From contig OZ059900.1 in the NCBI GenBank assembly GCA_964057225.1, positions 8,866,001 through 8,930,000 on the forward strand: a DNA stretch of 64,000 bases. Direction: 5' to 3'. The stretch comes from Auanema rhodensis. Taxonomy: Eukaryota > Animalia > Nematoda. This document shows positions 42,601-53,000 of this stretch, piece after piece (the first letter of the stretch is position 1; each line of letters opens with the position of its first letter). A program made the translations under genes and the position numbers. The notes below the pieces were generated by a model. That model ran no database searches. It saw only the letters and a program-made list of their open reading frames with translations, and was not told the DNA's origin.

Positions 42601-45600
42601 ATTCTCGATATTTTCGGTCCTTTTTGACCAAAGTGGTTAAAATTGAACATATATATGTAAAAATAGTCAAAGTTTATAAATCCTGATTTTCAAATCCATA
42701 TCTCAAAGGGTCTGATCAAAACATACAGTTTTCACATGTTTTGTACCTAGAATCGTTGAATATATGGCGTTTTGAGCATAAAAAGGCCCATATTTCAATC
42801 AGTTTTGATATTCGTGCAAAATACACCTATATGAACATTCTATGACATTATTTCATACTATTAGTCGTTTTAGAAGAAAAAAATATGCTTAAGATCAAAA
42901 GTTTGAGTGATTTTGCCAAAATGCCCTTCAAACCCCAAAAAACCAATAATTCTTGATATTTTCGGTCCTTTTTGACCAAAGTGGTTAAAATTGAACATAT
43001 ATATGTTAAAATAGTCAAAGTTTATAAATCCTGATTTTCAAATCCATATCTCAAAGGGTCTGATCAAAACATACAGTTTTCACATGTTTTGTACCCAAAA
43101 TCGTTGAATATATGGCGTTTTGAGCATAAAGAGGCCCATATTTCAATCAGTTTTGATATTCGTGCAAATTACACCTATATAAACATTCTATGACAGTATT
43201 TCATAAATTTAGTCGTTTTAGAAGAAAAAAATATGCTTAAGATCAAAAGTTTGACTGATTTTGCCAAAATGCCCTTCAAACCCCAAAAAACCAATAATTC
43301 TTGATATTTTCGGTCCTTTTTGACCAAAGTGGTTAAAATTGAACATATATATGTTAAAATAGTCAAAGTTTATAAATACTGATTTTCAAATCCATATCTC
43401 AAAGGGTCTGATCAAAACATACAGTTTTCACATGTTTTGTACCCAAAATCGTTGAATATATGGCGTTTTGAGCATAAAGAGGCCCATATTTCAATCAGTT
43501 TTGATATTCGTGCAAATTACACCTATATAAACATTCTATGACAGTATTTCATAAATTTAGTCGTTTTAGAAGAAAAAAATATGCTTAAGATCAAAAGTTT
43601 GAGTGATTTTGCCAAAATGCCCTTCAAACCCCAAAAAACCAATAATTCTTGATATTTTCGGTCCTTTTTGACCAAAGTGGTTAAAATTGAACATATATAT
43701 GTTAAAATAGTCAAAGTTTATAAATCCTGATTTTCAAATCCATATCTCAAAGGGTCTGATCAAAACATACAGTTTTCACATGTTTTGTACCCAAAATCGT
43801 TGAATATATGGCGTTTTGAGCATAAAGAGGCCCATATTTCAATCAGTTTTGATATTCGTGCAAAATACACCTATATGAACATTCTATGACATTATTTCAT
43901 ACTATTAGTCGTTTTAGAAGAAAAAAATATGCTTAAGATCAAAAGTTTGAGTGATTTTGCCAAAATGCCCTTCAAACCCCAAAAAACCAATAATTCTTGA
44001 TATTTTCGGTCCTTTTTGACCAAAGTGGTTAAAATTGAACATATATATGTTAAAATAGTCAAAGTTTATAAATCCTGATTTTCAAATCCATATCTCAAAG
44101 GGTCTGATCAAAACATACAGTTTTCACATGTTTTGTACCCAAAATCGTTGAATATATGGCGTTTTGAGCATAAAGAGGCCCATATTTCAATCAGTTTTGA
44201 TATTCGTGCAAATTACACCTATATAAACATTCTATGACAGTATTTCATAAATTTAGTCGTTTTAGAAGAAAAAAATATGCTTAAGATCAAAAGTTTGAGT
44301 GATTTTGCCAAAATGCCCTTCAAACCCCAAAAAACCAATAATTCTTGATATTTTCGGTCCTTTTTGACCAAAGTGGTTAAAATTGAACATATATATGTTA
44401 AAATAGTCAAAGTTTATAAATCCTGAATTTCAAATCCATATCTCAAAGGGTCTGATCAAAACATACAGTTTTCACATGTTTTGTACCCAGAATCGTTGAA
44501 TATATGGCGTTTTGAGCATAAAGAGGCCCATATTTCAATCAGTTTTGATATTCGTGCAAAATACACCTATATGAACATTCTATGACATTATTTCATACTA
44601 TTAGTCGTTTTAGAAGAAAAAAATATGCTTAAGATCAAAAGTTTGAGTGATTTTGCCAAAATGCCCTTCAAACCCCAAAAAACCAATAATTCTCGATATT
44701 TTCGGTCCTTTTTGACCAAAGTGGTTAAAATTGAACATATATATATAAAAATAGTCAAAGTTTATAAATCCTGATTTTCAAATCCATATCTCAAAGGGTC
44801 TGATCAAAACATACAGTTTTCACATGTTTTGTACCCAGAATCGTTGAATATATGGCGTTTTGAGCATAAAGAGGCCCATATTTCAATCAGTTTTGATATT
44901 CGTGCAAAATACACCTATATGAACATTCTATGACATTATTTCATACTATTAGTCGTTTTAGAAAAAAAAAATATGCTTAAGATCAAAAGTTTGACTGATT
45001 TTGCCAAAATGCCCTTCAAACCTCAAAAAACCAATAATTCTTGATATTTTCGGTCCTTTTTGACCAAAGTAGTTAAAATTGAACATATAGATGTGAAAAT
45101 AGTCAAAGTTTATGAATCCTAAATTTCAGATCCATATCTCAAAGGGTCTGATCAAAACATACAGTTTTCACATGTTTTGTACCCAAAATCGTTGAATATA
45201 TGGCGTTTTGAGCATAAAAAGGCCCATATTTCAATCAGTTTTGATATTCGTGCAAAATACACCTATATGAACATTCTATGACAGTATTTCATAAATTTAG
45301 TCGTTTTAGAAGAAAAAAATATGCTTAAGATCAAAAGTTTGAGTGATTTTGCCAAAATGCCCTTCAAACCCCAAAAAACCAATATTTCTTGATATTTTCG
45401 GTCCTTTTTGACCAAAGTGGTTAAAATTGAACATATATATGTTAAAATAGTCAAAGTTTATAAATCCTGAATTTCAAATCCATATCTCAAAGGGTCTGAT
45501 CAAAACATACAGTTTTCACATGTTTTGTACCCAGAATCGTTGAATATATGGCGTTTTGAGCATAAAAAGGCCCATATTTCAATCAGTTTTGATATTCGTG

Positions 45601-47228
45601 CAAAATACACCTATATGAACATTCTATGACATTATTTCATAAATTTAGTCGTTTTAGAAGAAAAAAATATGCTTAAGATCAAAAGTTTGAGTGATTTTGC
45701 CAAAATGCCCTTCAAACCCCAAAAAACCAATAATTCTTGATATTTTCGGTCCTTTTTGACCAAAGTGGTTAAAATTGAACATATATATGTTAAAATAGTC
45801 AAAGTTTATAAATCCTGATTTTCAAATCCATATCTCAAAGGGTCTGATCAAAACATACAGTTTTCACATGTTTTGTACCTAGAATCGTTGAATATATGGC
45901 GTTTTGAGCATAAAAAGGCCCATATTTCAATCAGTTTTGATATTCGTGCAAAATACACCTATATGAACATTCTATGACATTATTTCATACTATTAGTCGT
46001 TTTAGAAGAAAAAAATATGCTTAAGATCAAAAGTTTGAGTGATTTTGCCAAAATGCCCTTCAAACCCCAAAAAACCAATAATTCTTGATATTTTCGGTCC
46101 TTTTTGACCAAAGTGGTTAAAATTGAACATATATATGTTAAAATAGTCAAAGTTTATGAATCCTAAACTTCAGATCCATATCTCAAAGGGTCTGATCTAA
46201 ACATACAGTTTTCACATGTTTTGTACCCAAAATCGTTGAATATATGGCGTTTTGAGCATAAAAAGGCCCATATTTCAATCAGTTTTGATATTCGTGCAAA
46301 TTACACCTATATAAACATTCTATGACAGTATTTCATAAATTTAGTCGTTTTAGAAGAAAAAAATATGCTTAAGATCAAAAGTTTGAGTGATTTTGCCAAA
46401 ATGCCCTTCAAACCCCAAAAAACCAATAATTCTTGATATTTTCGGTCCTTTTTGACCAAAGTGGTTAAAATTGAACATATATATGTTAAAATAGTCAAAG
46501 TTTATAAATCCTGAATTTCAAATCCATATCTCAAAGGGTCTGATCAAAACATACAGTTTTCACATGTTTTGTACCCAGAATCGTTGAATATATGGCGTTT
46601 TGAGCATAAAAAGGCCCATATTTCAATCAGTTTTGATATTCGTGCAAAATACACCTATATGAACATTCTATGACATTATTTCATAAATTTAGTCGTTTTA
46701 GAAGAAAAAAATATGCTTAAGATCAAAAGTTTGAGTGATTTTGCCAAAATGCCCTTCAAACCCCAAAAAACCAATAATTCTTGATATTTTCGGTCCTTTT
46801 TGACCAAAGTGGTTAAAATTGAACATATATATGTTAAAATAGTCAAAGTTTATAAATCCTGAATTTCAAATCCATATCTCAAAGGGTCTGATCTAAACAT
46901 ACAGTTTTCACATGTTTTGTACCCAAAATCGTTGAATATATGGCGTTTTGAGCATAAAAAGGCCCATATTTCAATCAGTTTTGATATTCGTGCAAAATAC
47001 ACCTATATGAACATTCTATGACAGTATTTCATACATTTAGTCGTTTTAGAAGAAAAAAATATGCTTAAGATCAAAAGTTTGACTGATTTAGCGAAAATGC
47101 CCTTCAAACCCCAAAAAACCAATAATTCTTGATATTTTCGGTCCTTTTTGACCAAAGTGGTTAAAATTGGACATATATATGTAAAAATAGTCAAAGTTTA
47201 TGAATCCTGAATTTCAAATCCATATCTC

Positions 47229-47653
47229 AATTATTGGTTTTTTGAGGTTTGAAGGGCATTTTGGCAAAATCAGTCAAACTTTTGATCTTAAGCATATTTT
47301 TTTCTTCTAAAACGACTAATAGTATGAAATAATGTCATAGAATGTTCATATAGGTGTATTTTGCACGAATATCAAAACTGATTGAAATATGGGCCTTTTT
47401 ATGCTCAAAACGCCATATATTCAACGATTCTGGGTACAAAACATGTGAAAACTGTATGTTTTGATCAGACCCTTTGAGATATGGATTTGAAGTTCAGGAT
47501 TTATAAACTTTGACTATTTTAACATATATATGTTCAATTTTAACCACTTTGGTCAAAAAGGACCGAAAATATCAAGAATTATTGGTTTTTTGGGGTTTGA
47601 AGGGCATTTTGGCAAAATCAGTCAAACTTTTGATCTTAAGCATATTTTTTTTC
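47229..47653 (+). repeat. 425-bp inverted satellite segment (J1 and J2; 77+348 bp)
   Basis: Same two junction sequences as at 21993-22069, with one more monomer inside; + strand ORF 47510-47692 crosses J2. Confidence 0.95.
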
Positions 47654-48465
47654 CAAAAACCAATAATTCTTGATATTTTCGGTCCTTTTTGACCAAAGTG
47701 GTTGAAATTGAACATATATATGTGAAAATAGTCAAAGATTATGAATCCTGATTTTCAAATCCATATCTCAAAGGGTCTGATCAAAACATACAGTTTTCAC
47801 ATGTTTTGTACCCAGAATCGTTGAATATATGGCGTTTTGAGCATAAAAAGGCCCATATTTCAATCAGTTTTGATATTCGTGCAAAATACACCTATATGAA
47901 CATTCTATGACATTATTTCATAAATTTAGTCGTTTTAGAAGAAAAAAATATGCTTAAGATCAAAAGTTTGAGTGATTTTGCCAAAATGCCCTTCAAACCC
48001 CAAAAAACCAATAATTCTTGATATTTTCGGTCCTTTTTGACCAAAGTGGTTAAAATTGAACATATATATGTTAAAATAGTCAAAGTTTATAAATCCTGAA
48101 TTTCAAATCCATATCTCAAAGGGTCTGATCTAAACATACAGTTTTCACATGTTTTGTACCCAAAATCGTTGAATATATGGCGTTTTGAGCATAAAAAGGC
48201 CCATATTTCAATCAGTTTTGATATTCGTGCAAAATACACCTATATGAACATTCTATGACAGTATTTCATACATTTAGTCGTTTTAGAAGAAAAAAATATG
48301 CTTAAGATCAAAAGTTTGACTGATTTAGCGAAAATGCCCTTCAAACCCCAAAAAACCAATAATTCTTGATATTTTCGGTCCTTTTTGACCAAAGTGGTTA
48401 AAATTGGACATATATATGTAAAAATAGTCAAAGTTTATGAATCCTGAATTTCAAATCCATATCTC

Positions 48466-48890
48466 AATTATTGGTTTTTTGAGGTTTGAAGGGCATTTTG
48501 GCAAAATCAGTCAAACTTTTGATCTTAAGCATATTTTTTTCTTCTAAAACGACTAATAGTATGAAATAATGTCATAGAATGTTCATATAGGTGTATTTTG
48601 CACGAATATCAAAACTGATTGAAATATGGGCCTTTTTATGCTCAAAACGCCATATATTCAACGATTCTGGGTACAAAACATGTGAAAACTGTATGTTTTG
48701 ATCAGACCCTTTGAGATATGGATTTGAAGTTCAGGATTTATAAACTTTGACTATTTTAACATATATATGTTCAATTTTAACCACTTTGGTCAAAAAGGAC
48801 CGAAAATATCAAGAATTATTGGTTTTTTGGGGTTTGAAGGGCATTTTGGCAAAATCAGTCAAACTTTTGATCTTAAGCATATTTTTTTTC
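48466..48890 (+). repeat. 425-bp inverted satellite segment (J1 and J2), second tandem copy
   Basis: Matches 47229-47653 at an offset of 1237; ORF 48747-48929. Confidence 0.95.
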
Positions 48891-49702
48891 CAAAAACCAA
48901 TAATTCTTGATATTTTCGGTCCTTTTTGACCAAAGTGGTTGAAATTGAACATATATATGTGAAAATAGTCAAAGATTATGAATCCTGATTTTCAAATCCA
49001 TATCTCAAAGGGTCTGATCAAAACATACAGTTTTCACATGTTTTGTACCCAGAATCGTTGAATATATGGCGTTTTGAGCATAAAAAGGCCCATATTTCAA
49101 TCAGTTTTGATATTCGTGCAAAATACACCTATATGAACATTCTATGACATTATTTCATAAATTTAGTCGTTTTAGAAGAAAAAAATATGCTTAAGATCAA
49201 AAGTTTGAGTGATTTTGCCAAAATGCCCTTCAAACCCCAAAAAACCAATAATTCTTGATATTTTCGGTCCTTTTTGACCAAAGTGGTTAAAATTGAACAT
49301 ATATATGTTAAAATAGTCAAAGTTTATAAATCCTGAATTTCAAATCCATATCTCAAAGGGTCTGATCTAAACATACAGTTTTCACATGTTTTGTACCCAA
49401 AATCGTTGAATATATGGCGTTTTGAGCATAAAAAGGCCCATATTTCAATCAGTTTTGATATTCGTGCAAAATACACCTATATGAACATTCAATGACAGTA
49501 TTTCATACATTTAGTCGTTTTAGAAGAAAAAAATATGCTTAAGATCAAAAGTTTGACTGATTTAGCCAAAATGCCCTTCAAACCCCAAAAAACCAATAAT
49601 TCTTGATATTTTCGGTCCTTTTTGACCAAAGTGGTTAAAATTGGACATATATATGTAAAAATAGTCAAAGTTTATGAATCCTGAATTTCAAATCCATATC
49701 TC

Positions 49703-50017
49703 AATTATTGGTTTTTTGAGGTTTGAAGGGCATTTTGGCAAAATCAGTCAAACTTTTGATCTTAAGCATATTTTTTTCTTCTAAAACGACTAATAGTATG
49801 AAATAATGTCATAGAATGTTCATATAGGTGTATTTTGCACGAATATCAAAACTGATTGAAATATGGGCCTTTTTATGTTCAAAACGCCATATATTCAACG
49901 ATTTTGGGTACAAAACATGTGAAAACTGTATGTTTTGATCAGACCCTTTGAGATATGGATCTGAAATTTAGGATTCATAAACTTTGACTATTTTCACATC
50001 TATATGTTCAATTTCAA
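49703..50017 (+). repeat. 315-bp inverted satellite segment (J1 and a different right junction, J3)
   Basis: J1 lies 1237 bp after the previous copy; the segment ends ...catctatatgttcaatttca-a-tatatatgttaaaatagtc. Confidence 0.93.
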
Positions 50018-53000
50018 TATATATGTTAAAATAGTCAAAGTTTATAAATCCTGAATTTCAAATCCATATCTCAAAGGGTCTGATCAAAACATACAGTTTT
50101 CATATGTTTTGTACCCAAAATCGTTGAATATATGGCGTTTTGAGCATAAAAAGGCCCATATTTCAATCAGTTTTGATATTCGTGCAAAATACACCTATAT
50201 GAACATTCTATGACAGTATTTCATAAATTTAGTCGTTTTAGAAGAAAAAAATATGCTTAAGATCAAAAGTTTGAGTGATTTTGCCAAAATGCCCTTCAAA
50301 CCCCAAAAAACCAATAATTCTTGATATTTTCGGTCCTTTTTGACCAAAGTGGTTAAAATTGAACATATATATGTTAAAATAGTCAAAGTTTATAAATCCT
50401 GAATTTCAAATCCATATCTCAAAGGGTCTGATCAAAACATACAGTTTTCACATGTTTTGTACCCAGAATCGTTGAATATATGGCGTTTTGAGCATAAAAA
50501 GGCCCATATTTCAATCAGTTTTGATATTCGTGCAAAATACACCTATATGAACATTCTATGACATTATTTCATATATTTAGTCGTTTTAGAAAAAAAAATA
50601 TGCTTAAGATCAAAAGTTTGACTGATTTTGCCAAAATGCCCTTCAAACCCCAAAAAACCAATAATTCTCGATATTTTCGGTCCTTTTTGACCAAAGTGGT
50701 TAAAATTGAACATATATATGTAAAAATAGTCAAAGTTTATAAATCCTGATTTTCAAATCCATATCTCAAAGGGTCTGATCAAAACATACAGTTTTCACAT
50801 GTTTTGTACCCAGAATCGTTGAATATATGGCGTTTTGAGCATAAAGAGGCCCATATTTCAATCAGTTTTGATATTCGTGCAAAATACACCTATATGAACA
50901 TTCTATGACATTATTTCATATATTTAGTCGTTTTAGAAAAAAAAATATGCTTAATATCAAAAGTTTGAGTGATTTTGCCAAAATGCCCTTCAAACCCCAA
51001 AAAACCAATAATTCTTGATATTTTCGGTCCTTTTTGACCAAAGTGGTTAAAATTGAACATATATATATAAAAATAGTCAAAGTTTATAAATCCTGATTTT
51101 CAAATCCATATCTCAAAGGGTCTGATCAAAACATACAGTTTTCACATGTTTTGTACCCAGAATCGTTGAATATATGGCGTTTTGAGCATAAAGAGGCCCA
51201 TATTTCAATCAGTTTTGATATTCGTGCAAAATACACCTATATGAACATTCTATGACATTATTTCATACTATTAGTCGTTTTAGAAAAAAAAAATATGCTT
51301 AAGATCAAAAGTTTGACTGATTTTGCCAAAATGCCCTTCAAACCTCAAAAAACCAATAATTCTTGATATTTTCGGTCCTTTTTGACCAAAGTAGTTAAAA
51401 TTGAACATATAGATGTGAAAATAGTCAAAGTTTATGAATCCTAAATTTCAGATCCATATCTCAAAGGGTCTGATCAAAACATACAGTTTTCACATGTTTT
51501 GTACCCAAAATCGTTGAATATATGGCGTTTTGAGCATAAAAAGGCCCATATTTCAATCAGTTTTGATATTCGTGCAAAATACACCTATATGAACATTCTA
51601 TGACAGTATTTCATAAATTTAGTCGTTTTAGAAGAAAAAAATATGCTTAAGATCAAAAGTTTGAGTGATTTTGCCAAAATGCCCTTCAAACCCCAAAAAA
51701 CCAATATTTCTTGATATTTTCGGTCCTTTTTGACCAAAGTGGTTAAAATTGAACATATATATGTTAAAATAGTCAAAGTTTATAAATCCTGAATTTCAAA
51801 TCCATATCTCAAAGGGTCTGATCAAAACATACAGTTTTCACATGTTTTGTACCCAGAATCGTTGAATATATGGCGTTTTGAGCATAAAAAGGCCCATATT
51901 TCAATCAGTTTTGATATTCGTGCAAAATACACCTATATGAACATTCTATGACATTATTTCATAAATTTAGTCGTTTTAGAAGAAAAAAATATGCTTAAGA
52001 TCAAAAGTTTGAGTGATTTTGCCAAAATGCCCTTCAAACCCCAAAAAACCAATAATTCTTGATATTTTCGGTCCTTTTTGACCAAAGTGGTTAAAATTGA
52101 ACATATATATGTTAAAATAGTCAAAGTTTATAAATCCTGATTTTCAAATCCATATCTCAAAGGGTCTGATCAAAACATACAGTTTTCACATGTTTTGTAC
52201 CTAGAATCGTTGAATATATGGCGTTTTGAGCATAAAAAGGCCCATATTTCAATCAGTTTTGATATTCGTGCAAAATACACCTATATGAACATTCTATGAC
52301 ATTATTTCATACTATTAGTCGTTTTAGAAGAAAAAAATATGCTTAAGATCAAAAGTTTGAGTGATTTTGCCAAAATGCCCTTCAAACCCCAAAAAACCAA
52401 TAATTCTTGATATTTTCGGTCCTTTTTGACCAAAGTGGTTAAAATTGAACATATATATGTTAAAATAGTCAAAGTTTATGAATCCTAAACTTCAGATCCA
52501 TATCTCAAAGGGTCTGATCTAAACATACAGTTTTCACATGTTTTGTACCCAAAATCGTTGAATATATGGCGTTTTGAGCATAAAAAGGCCCATATTTCAA
52601 TCAGTTTTGATATTCGTGCAAATTACACCTATATAAACATTCTATGACAGTATTTCATAAATTTAGTCGTTTTAGAAGAAAAAAATATGCTTAAGATCAA
52701 AAGTTTGAGTGATTTTGCCAAAATGCCCTTCAAACCCCAAAAAACCAATAATTCTTGATATTTTCGGTCCTTTTTGACCAAAGTGGTTAAAATTGAACAT
52801 ATATATGTTAAAATAGTCAAAGTTTATAAATCCTGAATTTCAAATCCATATCTCAAAGGGTCTGATCAAAACATACAGTTTTCACATGTTTTGTACCCAG
52901 AATCGTTGAATATATGGCGTTTTGAGCATAAAAAGGCCCATATTTCAATCAGTTTTGATATTCGTGCAAAATACACCTATATGAACATTCTATGACATTA

